NCBI RefSeq assembly: GCF_028641065.1
Contig: NC_073403.1
Coordinates: forward strand, 16,926,001 to 16,990,000
Length of the DNA stretch: 64,000 nt
Direction: 5' to 3'
Source of the DNA: Leucoraja erinacea
Lineage: Eukaryota
Part shown: piece after piece, positions 49,647 through 62,117 of the stretch
How the letters are laid out: every line of letters begins with the position of its first letter
How positions within the stretch are numbered: position 1 is the first letter of the stretch
The notes under the pieces: model-generated
Database searches by the model: none
Seen by the model: the letters and a program-made list of their open reading frames with translations, nothing else
Told to the model about the DNA's origin: nothing
Made by a program: the position numbers and the translations under genes

Positions 49647-50000
49647 GCAGGAAAAATGTTCCCAATGTTGGGCGAGTCCAGAACCAAGGGCAACAGCCTT
49701 AGAATAAAGGGGAGGTCATTTAAGACTGAGGTGAGAAAAAACTTTTTCTCCCAGAGAGTTGTGAATTTATGGAATTCCCTGCCACAGAGGGCAGTGGAGG
49801 CCAAATCACTGGATGGATTTAAGAGAGTTAGATAGAGTTCTAGGGGCTAGTGGAGTCAAGGGATATGGGGAGAAGGCAGGCACGGGTTGTTGATTGGGGA
49901 TGATCAGCCATGAATACAATGAATGGCGGTGATAGCTCGAAGGGCCGAATGGCCTCCTCCTGCACCTATTTTCTATGTTTTTTATGTCTATGTTTTCTAT
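49647..50000 (+). mobile_element. CR1 3' end, young
   Basis: AGKMFPMLGESRTKGNSLRIKGRSFKTEVRKNFFSQRVVNLWNSLP; (TTCTATGT)-like tail. Confidence 0.9.
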
Positions 50001-50730
50001 GTTGACATTTATTTTTTACACTTTAAAAAAACTAAAAAAATAATTTAAAAAAATCTTTCTGACTTTTTGAATAGTTTTCAATGCTTGTGATTTATCAGAT
50101 GCCGTTGGCCTAGGCGGATCTCAAGGTCCAAGCCCTAGGTCCAGAAGCTGCTTGCTAACGGTTCCACCTCTTGGGGTGACTCCTAGGTCAGAGAAACATT
50201 CACTAAAGCTGGAACACGCCTCAAATCATTCTTTAACAGGAGTGTGCTGGATTCAGCTAAAAAGTCCAAGGGTTTTCCATTTCAACTGGCTGGAGTGCAG
50301 CAGCTGAACAGAGGCTGCCAATTCCATTCACTGGCATTTCCATCACTTTCTACAGATCAGAATGCAGTGATTTCCCTCTGTTTACCAAAGGCTGTTTGAG
50401 GTTTTGACAGTCAAAGCACCTTCATTTATAGTAATGTCTGCTGTGGAACAGGCAGGATACCTCTCTACATTTATGCATTCTGTTTTTCCTTCTTTGCTTG
50501 TAATCCTTCTGAATCAATGACCCTCCCTCCTCCCTTGATGAAGAGGGTGGTTGGTGTTGGTTAGAGTTGGCAATATCCTGCTATGTTATTCACTCTGCTT
50601 GGCCCACCCACCCATCCATCAGGCAGCTTCCGAGAGATTTCCTCTCATTAGGTCTCTGCCCTCTGGACAAACATCAAACACCTTGGACATTACTAAATTC
50701 AAACATTATGCTGTGTGGCATCAAGCTATT

Positions 50731-51028
50731 NNNNNNNNNNNNNNNNNNNNNNNNNNNNNNNNNNNNNNNNNNNNNNNNNNNNNNNNNNNNNNNNNNNNNN
50801 NNNNNNNNNNNNNNNNNNNNNNNNNNNNNNNNNNNNNNNNNNNNNNNNNNNNNNNNNNNNNNNNNNNNNNNNNNNNNNNNNNNNNNNNNNNNNNNNNNNN
50901 NNNNNNNNNNNNNNNNNNNNNNNNNNNNNNNNNNNNNNNNNNNNNNNNNNNNNNNNNNNNNNNNNNNNNNNNNNNNNNNNNNNNNNNNNNNNNNNNNNNN
51001 NNNNNNNNNNNNNNNNNNNNNNNNNNNN
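50731..51028. other. Assembly gap
   Basis: Run of N. Confidence 1.
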
Positions 51029-52007
51029 CCTCCCCATCTTATTGTCCCTCTCTTTCTCTCTCTGTTTCCCTGTTTCTAACTCTCCCACACTCTCTGCCCC
51101 CTCCCACTAACTCTCTTCTGATCTCCTACCCGCTCTCTCTCACACACTCTCACACTGACACTTTGCTAGTCACACTAGGGACATTTTAGGATTTTAGCAA
51201 GCCAATTAACCTACAAAACTGTCCATCTTTGGAGGAAACCGGAGCACCCAGGGAAAACCCACGCAGGTCATGAGAAGAATGTACAAACTCTATGCAGATA
51301 GCACCCATAGTCAGAATCGAACCTGGACCTCTGCCGCTGCACCACCGTGCCACCCATCTACAGTAAAGTTAACTTTGAACGCCAAGTCCAGGAATACAAT
51401 GGTTTCCTAAATTATTTCAGAGGACACATTGCTGTGGTCTGTTTTCACACAGATGCCAGCCTGATTAATAACAACAGCTATGTTGGCCTGACAGTGGATC
51501 CATATACTGTCTTAACCGTTTGTATTGTACATTCCCTTTGGCCATCTATGTATCCTGCAGTAGTCTAAAGTTTAATATATTTTGTAGTTCAAAACCTTTT
51601 TTGTTACATTTAATGCAGAGTTCTCACATTAATATCATTTAGAGGAGAACAGTCCCCTCAGAGATAAAGTACTTTTTGATTTATTATTGATTCATTGTCG
51701 TCTTTCTTACAGTTTGGCTTTCTTCCCAACCAATTGTTCAAGCGCTTTTGATTGCAACATGCGCCTTAATTTAGTTCAACAAAGAAACTGACAAGTTACT
51801 AAAGAACTTGACAATGTTCAGCACACATTTAGTGGACTGAAGGGCCTGGTCCGAGCTGTATGGGCCTAGAACTGACAGACATTACAGAATGAGGTTCTTG
51901 TACAACAATCCAGTAATTATATGATCTCACCATTTATTCTCCTATTAGCTTTGATGGGACATGGACAAGTTGGGCCATAGGGCTTGTTTCCATGCTTTAT
52001 ACATCTA

Positions 52008-54304
52008 CTAGACCAAGTGCAGACCCGTTGGGTCTGTTTCCCCAACGGCATTTGCGGGGGGGAGGGGGAGCTGCGGCATCACACTCACATTAACCAACCC
52101 CCAATCACACAGGTGGGGGTAGGGGGGGTGAGAAGGGGGGAGGGAGGGGAGAGGAGGAGGAGGAAACGGGACAGATTTGGGAGGGAGAGCAGAGCGGGGT
52201 AGGGGGTGAGAGAGGGGGATGGGGAGAGAGATGTGGGGGAGGGGGGGATGGGGAGGGAGGGGGAGAGGGGGGGGGGGAGAGAGAGGGGAAAGAGTGGGGA
52301 GGGAGAGTGGAGGGGAAAGGGGGAGACGTGGAAGAGTGGGGAGGGAGGAGGAGAGAGGTAGGGGGAGTGATGGAAGAGGGACAGAGGGGTAGGAGGAAGG
52401 GTGGAGAGAGGGAAGGGGGTGGGGTAGAGAGGGAAGGGTGGTGGGGGAGAGAAGGATGGGTGGGAGAGGGAGAGGGGTGAGGAGAGGGAAGCATAGAAAC
52501 AGAAATTAAGTGCAGGAGTAGGTCATTCGGCCCTTTTTTATTGAAATATTGGGGGGGGGGAGAAGGATTTGATTAAAAATGTGTACATAAACACGACAAA
52601 ATGTAATCAGGAGTTTCTATAAGATCCCCCCTCAATCTTCTAAAATCTAGCGAGTACAAGCCGAGTCTACCCAGTCTTTCTTCATATGAAAGTCCTGACA
52701 TCCCAGGAATCAGTCTGGTGAACCTTCTCTGTACTCCCTCTATGGCAACAATGTCTTTGAGCATTGGGCATTGTGACATCACACATTGGAACGTTCACCA
52801 GGGGCTGGTGCTGCTTCTATGGGTGAGAAGCCAGTTTATTTTTTAAATATTGGGGGGGGGGGGGAGAAGGATTTGATTAAAAACGTGTACTTAAATACGC
52901 CGAAATGTAATGAGGAGCAGATACTTAGAAAGAAAAGTGAAATCTCTACCGAAATGGAAAAGATGTCGGCGATTCTGCGTTTGGTTTCGGAGTTGCAGGG
53001 AATCAAAGGAAGAAAGGCGGCCGGCAGCCGTCCATGTAAATGGATCCATTCCGATTGGACATCTGCGAGTATTGGGCATTGTGACATCACATGATGGAAC
53101 GAATCAAAAGGCAGAAAGGCAACCGGAAGGCAGGCGGCAGGCACACAGTTTTAATATGGAACTAGACCAAGTGCAGACCCGTTGGGTCTGTTTCCCCAAC
53201 GGCATTTCCGGGGGGGGGGGGGGGAGGCTGCTGTCATCACACTCACATTAACCACCCCCAAAACACACAGGTGGGGGGAGGGGGGGTGAGAAGAGGGGAG
53301 GGAGGGGAGAGGAGGAGGAGGAAGCGGGACAGATTTGGGAGGGAAAGGAGAGCGGGGTAGGGGGTGAGAGAGAGGGGGATGGGGAGAGAGATGTGTGGGA
53401 GGGGAGGGAGGGAGGGGGAGGGAGAGGGGGAGAGGGGGGGGGGGAGAGGGGGGGGGAGAAAGAAAGAGAAGGATAAAGGGGGGGAGAGAGAGAAAGGGGG
53501 GGGAAGAAAGAGAGAGGACGATGGGGGGAGGAGAAAAAGGGGGGTGGGGGGGGAGAGGGGAAGGGGGGGGGGTAGAGAGGCATGGGTGGGAGAGGGAGAG
53601 GGGTGAGGAGAGGGAAACATAGAAACATAAGATTCTATAAGATCACCCCTCAATCTTCTAAATTCTAGCGAGTACAAACCGAGTCTATCCAGTCTTTCTT
53701 CATATGAAAGTCCTGACATCCCAGGAATCAGTCTGGTTAACGTTCTCTGTACTCCATCTATGGCAAGAATGTCTTTGGGCATTGGGCATTGTGACATCAC
53801 ACGATGTAACGTTCACCAGGGGCTGGGGCTGGTGCAAAGGCATATGTAAATGGATCCATCCCGATTGGACATCTGCGAGCATTGGGCATTGTGACATCAC
53901 ACGAGGGAAACGAATCAAAAGGCAGAAAGGCAGCCGGACGGCAGGCGGCAGGCGGCAGCCACACAGTTTTAATATATAACTAGACCAAGTGCTTTGGGTC
54001 TGCTCCACCAATGGTGTGATCCCCCAATCCAATATTCCACCATGCACCCGTCTCCTCCAATGGAACTGAAGCCATTCCCAAATGTAAGATTCCAGCACTC
54101 CCCTGCCTCCCTCAGCAGTGGATTTAAAAAAAAAAATCCAATTGCACCTCCCCTGCCTGCTGCAGCAGTGAAAAGTTCAGAGTGTTCCTGTCTTGCAACT
54201 TTGTTTCGAAGTGTGTTGGAAGCTGATAGGAAGGAGCAGCCGTCAACAAATCAAAAGGCAGCCGGACGGCAGCCGGTCGGATGGCACGAGAGTTTTATAT
54301 ATTA

Positions 54305-54345
<41 letters not shown>
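52008..54345 (-). mobile_element. Head-to-tail array of three non-autonomous Helitrons (family B)
   Basis: CTAG termini at 52008, 53162 and 53980, each followed on + by ACCAAGTGC and a CAGACCC-gtt-GGGTCTG hairpin (partly deleted in the third). Outer 5' end is (TCTA)n; flanks ACATCTA|TGATTC rejoin as a CR1-type tail. Confidence 0.85.
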
Positions 54346-54346
<1 letters not shown>

Positions 54347-54347
54347 G
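54306..54347. repeat. (GATA)n microsatellite
   Basis: About 10 perfect units. Confidence 0.95.
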
Positions 54348-54488
54348 ATTCTTCAACTGGAAACCATCTGCAGATATATATCATACTGATCTTACTGACA
54401 TTATCATAAGCTATACAAATCAGTGTTGTATTTAATGGCACAGTTATGACTCTCTGAATCTTTGATTGCCTACTGCACATATCACTTC

Positions 54489-54502
54489 CCATCAGGGGGC
54501 AG
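54489..54502 (+). promoter_or_regulatory. Candidate CTCF motif
   Basis: CCATCAGGGGGCAG. Confidence 0.3.
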
Positions 54503-54789
54503 TAGTTGGTAAAAAGGGGACCAGTCATGGCCTTGCTGGCCAATGGATGCGCACAAGATGGGGGTCTGGTGATCAGGCTCTGGGATGTAGCATGATCTGA
54601 CCTGACTGGCTTGAGGCAATTGGGGCAGGATGTTGACAAGGTCTTATCTGGGTTATATCTCTACGGCCGTCATTTTTGGCCACCTCGCCCAGAGCCCCCC
54701 TCCGCCTTATGGGTGCGGAGGATTTTTCCCATCTATGACAAATCAGAGAGATATTAATGTTTGAAAAGAATTAACCATTCTCTCTGCTG

Positions 54790-54929
54790 CCCCTGCTGGA
54801 GGAAGGGGGAGGGACTATAAAACCAGGAAGTGGTGTGCCTCACTCACTCTCTGCAAGATGGATGAAGCCAAGGGTCACGTCTCTCTGAGCTCTGAATAAC
54901 ACTGAACAAATGTCTACACAACTGTGAGT
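54790..54929 (+). promoter_or_regulatory. Promoter/first-exon-like module in the Helitron
   Basis: TATAAAA at 54816, CAGGAAGT ETS motif, TCACTC Inr-like 26-30 nt downstream, donor ACT|GTGAGT at 54924. Confidence 0.45.
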
Positions 54930-54967
54930 ACCCTTAATGTGGTTTGAAAATGAAAATAGGGTTTGTT

Positions 54968-55800
54968 TGAAGTAAAAAGGCACTGCCTGCAAATGGTTGT
55001 TTGGGTGCTTTGGCTTGAAGTTGAAAGGCAATACTTACTGCAAATGGTGGCATGAAGTTGAAAGGCACTACTTACTGCAAATGGTGGCTTGGGTGCTTTG
55101 GCTTGAAGTTGAAATGCACAATTTACTGCAAATGGTGGCTTGGGAGCTTTGGTTTAAAGTTAAAAGGCACTACTTACTGCAAATGGTGGCTTGGGTGCTT
55201 TGGCTTGAGGTTGAAAGGCACTTCTTACTGCAAATGGTGGCTTGGGTGTTTTGCTTGAAGTTGAAAGGCACTACTTACTGCACATGGTGACTTGGGTGCT
55301 TTGGCTTGAAGTTGAAAGGCACTTCTTACTGCAAATGGTGTTTGGACTTGGGTGCTTACTTACTGCAAATGGTTGGCATGAAGTTGAAAGGCACTACTTA
55401 CTGCAAATGGTGGTATGGGTGCTTTGGCTTGAGGTAGAAAAACACTACTTACTGCAAATGGTGGCTTGGGTGCTTTGACGAAGTTGAAAGGCACTACTTA
55501 CTGCAAATGGGCTTGGGTGTTTTGCTTGAAGTTGAAAGGCATTGAAAGGCACTACTTACTGCAAATGGTGGGAGGGTGCTTTGGCTTGAAGTTGAAAGGC
55601 ACTACTTACTGCAAATGATGGCGGGTGATATGGCTTGAAGTTGAAAGGCACTTCTTACTGCAAATGGTGGCTTGGGTGCTTTGGCTTGAAGTTGAAATGC
55701 ACTATTTACAGCAAATGGTGGCTTGGGAGCTTTGGTTTAAAATTCAAAAGGCACTACTTACTGCAAATTGTGGCTTGGGAGCTTTGGCTTGAAGTTTAAA
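54968..55800. repeat. 51-bp minisatellite inside the Helitron (second block ~55997-56310)
   Basis: TTGAAGTTGAAAGGCACTACTTACTGCAAATGGTGGCTTGGGTGCTTTGGC. Confidence 0.95.
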
Positions 55801-56679
55801 ACAAATCACCATTCTCTCTGCTGCCCCTGCTGGAGGAAGGAAAAGGGACTATAAAACCAGGAAGTGGTGTGCCTCAGTCTCTGCAAGATGGATGAAGCCA
55901 AGGGTCACGTCTCTCTGAGCTCTGAATAACACTGAACAAATGTCTACACAACTGTGAGTACCCTTAATGTGGTTTGAAAATGAAAATATGGTTTGTTTGA
56001 AGTAAAAAGGCACTGCCTGCAAATGGTTGTTTGGGTGCTTTGGCTTGAAGTTGAAAGGCATTACTTACTGCAAATGGTGGCTTGGGTGCTTTGCTTGAAG
56101 TTGAAAGGCACTTCTTACTGCAAATGGTGGCTTGGGTGCTTTGGCTTGACGTTGAAAGGCACTACTTACTGCAAATGGTGGCATGAAGTTGAAAGGCACA
56201 ACTTACTGCAAATGGTGGCTTGGGTGCTTTGGCTTGAGGTTGAAAGGCACTACTTACTGCAAATGGTGGCTTGGGTGCTTTGGCTTGATGTTAAAAGGCA
56301 CTACTGCAAATGCACTTACTTCCTGTTTGCACTGTATATTAATTTTAGATAAAACACTACACTTACGGCTGTGATTTTTGGCCATCTTACTCAGTCCCCC
56401 CTCCGCTGAGCAGGTGCAGAGAATTCTTCCCATCAATGAAAAATAAGTGTTATTAGTGTTTAAAAAATGTTGAGAATATCTCTCCTGTCAATCAAGCCCT
56501 GAAAGCCACAACTTTTCTGGTGGGAGGGGGAGGGGTTATAAAACCTGGAAGTGTGGGTGTGGCTCAGTCTCTGCATGATGGGGGAAGGAGAGGTAATGAC
56601 TCTGAGCTGTGAATCAACTGAACACACTGAATATCTACTGAACTGTGAGTGTGGTGTTTTGTGTGGTTTTATGGTGGTT

Positions 56680-56938
56680 TCACCCTGCATGAAATCGTAT
56701 GAAGCTGCATTTGAATTTGGTGGCCTTGGACCCTGCTTGAAGTGGAATAAAACTGCACTGAATTTGGTGGCCTTGCACCCTGCTGAAAGTGGTATGAAAC
56801 TGCACTTGTATTTGATGGCCTTGCATCCAGCTTGAAGTGGTATGAAACTGCACTTGAATTCGTTGGCCTTGCACCCTGCTCATAGTGGTAAGAAACTGCA
56901 CTTGAATTTGGTGGTCTTGCACCCTGCTTGAAATGGAA
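56680..56938. repeat. 48-bp minisatellite inside the Helitron
   Basis: TGAAACTGCACTTGAATTTGGTGGCCTTGCACCCTGCTTGAAGTGGTA, about 5 copies. Confidence 0.9.
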
Positions 56939-57169
56939 TTTCAAGGAATAGTCATGAGTCAACTGCCAGCCCACCAGCCGTGAGTGAGCTGCCAGCAGAT
57001 CAGGCTTGAGGGACTGAGCTGCCACCCCAAGAACCCATACCAGCACTCCAGAAAGCCCCCCCCCCACTGGCCACCAATATTGGAATTGGTGGAGAGGTGG
57101 AATATTGCGTCGGAAGACCAGCCCTCCCGTGTGAAATGGGACCCAACGGGTCCCACTTAGTCTAGTAGG

Positions 57170-57517
57170 GTCATAGATTCATAGTGATACAGCATGGAAA
57201 CAGGCCCTTTGGCCCAACTTGCCCACACCGGCCAACATGTCCCAGCTACACTAGTCCCACCTGCCTGCGTTTGGCCCATATCCCTCCAAACCTGTCCTAT
57301 CTATGTACCTGTCTAACTGTTTCTTAAACATTGGGATAGTACCTGCCTTAACTAGCTCCTCTGACAGCTTGTTCCATACACCCACTACCCTGTGTGTGAA
57401 AAAGTTACCCCTCAAATTTCTATTAAATCTTTCCCCCCACCTTAAACCTCTGGTCCTTGATTCACCTACTCTGGGCAAGAGACTCTGCGCATCTACCCGA
57501 TCTATTCCTCTCATGAC
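57170..57517 (-). mobile_element. CR1 3' fragment
   Basis: MRGIDRVDAQSLLPRVGESRTRG..NFFTHRVVGVWNKL. Confidence 0.9.
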
Positions 57518-58439
57518 TTTATCATTTGACGATTTGTGGTAAACTGTAACTCCAAGATTTACACTCCTGGAAAATATGCAAAAGTGAAATTTTGTAAGTT
57601 GCCTGGCCAAAATGCATTATACATGTTATGGTATAGTATATTCTATGTGGGAAGAGTGGTCTCTTTTTTTTTGCAAATTGAAAACATATACCACAAAGAG
57701 TCAACAGTAAAACTATCATGGAATTGGGATGAGCGAGTAATCAGTGGTTGGCATGGACTCTGTGGGCCAAAGGACCTGGTTCCATGCTGTACCTTCAATC
57801 AAAATTTGTAAATTGAGAATTCTATGTACTTATCCATTTATTGACAAGACAAACTGGTTTGCGAGTTGTCAAAGAGGGTGGAATCAGTCAGGGCCCCTTT
57901 AAGTATATAGTTTTGTACATTTTGCTGTTGTTCTGGATGGTTTCAGAGGTCAGCACTATTCCATGCGAGTATTGCATGCTTTTGTTGACATCAGCAAAAA
58001 GGGATTTGGAAGAGAATGATTCACTGGGAACTGTCATGCATACTATGAAGCTGCCTCTATTTTGAGCTGTTTTGGGGGATGGTTTTGCAGTTTGAGGTCC
58101 CTCTGGTGAGGCAGTCTTTTGGTCCTTCTGCCAGAAAGATCTATCCTTGTGGAAACTGGTCGACAATAAAATCATTCTCTACCAGAGTTCCAACTCCTTA
58201 TAATTTCAGGCACCACATTTCCAAGATTTAAAAAAAAATGTGAGCACTTTCCCACAGTCTCTGCCTTGACATTTTTTATGCCACTCTCTGAGGGATGGTT
58301 TCATTCCATGATATTTTCCTTAACAAACAAAGCCAATTTTAAATTTACTCGGGGAATGCTTGTTTTTAACATAACCTTTTATTTTACTGATTTCTTGCGA
58401 TGTAAATCCTGAGTATTACAAATGCATTAACACAAATGG

Positions 58440-58660
58440 AGGCACAAGGAACTACAGATGCTGGAATCTTGTGTGGAACTCAAAGCGGTGGCAGGTCAGG
58501 CAGCATCTCTGGAGGACACAGATAGGTGATGGTTTAGGTAAGGAATCTTCTTCAGACCGATTGTAATAGGGGGAGAAAGCTGGAAAAGAGGCAGGACAAA
58601 GATTGGCAAGTGATAGGTGGATTAGGAGGGCAGTAGGTACAACAGAGGTGGAGCAGTGAG
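58440..58660 (-). mobile_element. Penelope-like 3' region
   Basis: Family body, degenerate core (TCTTCAGAC on +) and purine-rich UTR. Confidence 0.7.
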
Positions 58661-59405
58661 AGGGGGATATTAGCACCATGGCAACACAATAGGGCATCTG
58701 GCAGAGCCTCACAGCACCAGAGACACAGGTTCAATCCTGACCTCGGAATTGATGGTATACACTTTACTATATAAACTCTAATATTGGCATTGGTTCATTA
58801 TTGGCACGTGCATCCATTAAATCAGATCATGAGTACAATCAAGCCAAACACAAGCATAACAGGTCGAGCAAAGAGAAACATACCACAGTGCAGAATATAG
58901 TTTTACAGCGTTACAGCATTACAGTTACACAGAAAAAGTACAAGGTCTATAATGAGGTAGGTTGGAAGATTGGGCTACACCCTAGTTTATGGGTGGACCA
59001 TAAATAATATAATATAATGAAATGATTACATGACTCGGATGGGATATCCAAACGTGCCGCAAATATTGTTTAAATCTTACACGGCATTGCTTCATGGCAT
59101 GCATTGTTGGAATTTTAACTATTTATCTCTTTACTCTGGTACTACATTGCACGTTTTCTTCAAATTCCACATGAAAGTAAATAGAAAGTACAATGAGAGA
59201 TTACTCAGATTACTAGATTGTGCAGATTGCCATTACATGATGCTGCTTATCTTGAAGAAACCAGTGCACAAAGATTCAATGAACTCCATGGTAAGAACCT
59301 CCTTCACCCGTATCATTTGCTGTCTCACCATCTCTTGGGGACTGTTATTATCAAGTTTGCCAAATCACAATGAGGAATTGTCACAAACAGGGAAATATAA
59401 AGCCA

Positions 59406-59602
59406 AAGATAGACACAAAGTACTAGATTAACTCAGCAAGTCAGGGAGCATCTCTGGAGCAAAAGGACGGGTAACGTTTTGGGGCAAAACTTCACACATC
59501 CTTTCTCTCCAGAGATGCTGCCTGACCTACTGAGTTACTCCAGCAATTCGTGCCTATCTTTGATATAAACCAGCATCTGCCATTCCTTATTTCGACACTT
59601 AG
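59406..59602. mobile_element. Penelope-derived inverted dimer with 10-bp TSD
   Basis: TATAAAGCCA at 59396-59405 and 59603-59612. Confidence 0.75.
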
Positions 59603-59781
59603 TATAAAGCCATTTTTTTTTTTTTACAGAATGCAAAATGAAGATTGAAATATATATGTATGATTAATATTAAAGCTGAAATCTCCCAAACACACTTTTA
59701 AAAAGTAAGATATGGTAATTATTTTTATTCTTTTAAAATAAATTATGTTCTGAGGCATTTATTTGAGGGAATTACAGTTTT

Positions 59782-60097
59782 GGGGTGTCACGGTGGCGCA
59801 GCGGTAGAGTTGATGCCTTACAGCGCCAGAGACCCGAGTTTGATCTTGTCATTGGTGCTGTCTGTATGGAGTTTGTACGTTCTCCCTGTGACCCTATGGG
59901 TTTTCGCCGAGTTCTTCGGTTTCCTTCCACACTCCAAAGATGTACAGGTTTGTAGATTAATTTGGCTTCAGTAAAAATTGTAAATTGTCCCTAGTGTGTT
60001 AGGATAGTAGTAGTACACAGTGGTCACTGGTTGGCCTGGGCTGGATGGGCTGAAGGGCCTGTATCCACTCTGTATATCTAATCTAAAATAAACTAAA
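59782..60097 (+). mobile_element. HE1-type SINE, full length
   Basis: A-box TGGCGCAGCGG, central domain, tail. Confidence 0.9.
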
Positions 60098-60802
60098 AGA
60101 TCATATAAATAACACTAGCTTTTTTTTTATCATCATGGAGTTTGGTCAACAATTATTGTTTCGGAGCTCACTATAACATTATCAGCTGCATCTCATTAAT
60201 CAGGGTTACACTGATTTATATCGGAATATTTTTGATTGCTAAGGGAGTGGGGAATGGGGGAGGGGAAGGGTTTTTTCCCCCTTAATCAGTGAATTTTTAA
60301 TCTGGTTACTTGTCTCAGAATGGAGATGACATGAGGTTGTGAGTAGGTGTTTTGAGAACCGCAAGGTATCAAAGGATAGCCATTCATCCTGTGTTGAACG
60401 CACTATAGCGCAGGCACATTGTGTTCCCTTCTTAAGTTTGGTCCAAAATGAGTTGAGTTTCAGAAGAAGAAATTAATTTACATAATTTTGTTTTGCATTC
60501 TTGATACATGCAACAGAGGACAAATTTCCATGTTCATTTTTGTCTTTGGCTTAGTCTAGAGATACAGTATGGGAAAGAGGCTATTCGGTCCATCCAATCC
60601 ACGCTGACCATCAATCATTCTTATCACACTAGTTCTATATTATCCCATTTTCTCATCCTACACCTTCTTGATTAGTACGGGTGTCGGAGGTTATGGGAAG
60701 AAGGCAGGAAGATTAGGTTGTGAGGGAAAGATAGATCAGCCACGATTGAATGGCAGAGTTAACTTGATGGGTTACAGGGCTTAATTCTGCTTCCATAACG
60801 TA

Positions 60803-62115
60803 CTAGACTAAGTGGGACCCGTTGGGTCCCAGCATTGCATGGGAGGGCTGGTCCCCCAACGCAATATTCCACCTCTCCACCAATTCCAATATTGGTGGCC
60901 AGTTGGGGGGGGTGGGCTTTCTGGAGCGCTAGTATGGGTGTCGTTGGCTGAAGGGACTGATATCCAGAGGGCTAGTATGGACTTTGTGGGCCGAATGGGT
61001 TATTGGGCTGGCGGCTCAGTCACTCAAGCCTGTTGTGCTGCCAGCTCACTCGCTCACGGCTGGTGGGCTGGTAGTTGACTCAAGGCTATTCCTGGAAATT
61101 CCATTTCAAGCAGGGTGCAAGGCCACCAAATTCAAGTGCAGTTTCTTACCACTTCAAGCAGGGTGCAAGGCCACCAAAATTCAAGTGCAGTTTCATACCA
61201 TTTCAAGCAGGGTGCAAGGCCACTAAAGACAGTAAGTCGTGAACTCTCCCATCTAGCAGAGACTGAGCCACAACTACACTTCGGGGTTTTATAGTCCCTC
61301 CCCAACTCCCACCAGAAGGGGAGTGGCCTTCATGGCATAATTGACAGGAGAGAGAATCTCAACATTTTTCAAACACTAATAACTCTTTTATTTTTCATCG
61401 ATGGAAAAACTCCTCGGCGCCTGATGAGCGGAGGGGGACTCTAAGTAAGATGGCTAAAAATCACAGCCACACATGGTAGCGTTTTTTCTAAAATAAATAT
61501 AAAGCGCAAACAGGAAGTGGCCAAGATTAGACTTTTAATTATGTAGAAGGCAAGGCAACTTTGATTTGGCAAGGCAACTTTGATTTGGCAAGGCAACTTT
61601 AATTAGGCAACACAGCTTTAGCATTTCCAAACCAAAGGTAACACAGCTTTAGCATTTCCAAACCAAAGGCAACACAGCTTTAGCATCTCCAAACCAAAGG
61701 CAACTCAGCTTTAGCATTTCCAAACTATATTTTCAAACCACATTAAGGGCACTGACAGGTCAGTAAAACCACTCGCAGTTTAGTAGACATGTGTTCAGTG
61801 TTATTCACAGCTCAGACTGATAGACGTGACCCTCTCGCTCCCCCATCTTGCAGAGACTGACTGAGGCACTCAACACTTCCAGGTTTTATAGTCCCTCCGG
61901 AAGGGGCGTGGCCATCGGGAGAGAGAATATCAACATTTTTTAAACAATAATAACTCTTATTTTTCATCGATGGGAAAAATCCTCTTGTCCTGCGCAGCAG
62001 AGGGGGACTATGAGTAAGATGGCCAAAAATCACAGCCGTAAGCGGCAGCGTTTTGTCTAAAATCAATATACAGATCAACAGGAAGTGGTCAAGATCAGAC
62101 TTTTAGTAATATAGA
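60803..62115 (-). mobile_element. Composite non-autonomous Helitron (family A)
   Basis: Minus strand A|TCTATATTACTAAAAG ... GGGACCC-aac-GGGTCCC ... CTAG|T. Flanks ATAACGTA|TGAAC rejoin without TSD. Second internal 5'-like end at 61547; 19-, 31- and 48-bp repeats. Confidence 0.9.
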
Positions 62116-62117
62116 TG

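Larger units (their letters stand above)
54658..57165 (+). mobile_element. Composite non-autonomous Helitron (family A), 2.5 kb
   Basis: 3' hairpin TGGGACCC-aac-GGGTCCCA (57137-57155), then CTAG|T; three reiterated internal modules; 5' boundary uncertain (~54640-54660). Confidence 0.85.

Noticed and set aside
50551-51189. ORFs spanning Ns (also 18804-19220)
   Set aside because: Artefacts of assembly gaps.
54786-54799. CCAGCAGGGGCAGC in Helitron modules as a CTCF site
   Set aside because: One G short of the core spacing; weak match.
54997-56374. Trp/Cys-rich repetitive ORFs (LKLKGTTYCKWWLGCFG)n
   Set aside because: By-product of a 51-bp minisatellite; frames shift and stop, and the repeats lie inside a Helitron.
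59782-59850. HE1 heads as functional tRNA genes
   Set aside because: A/B boxes run directly into the SINE body and CR1-like tail; no complete cloverleaf.
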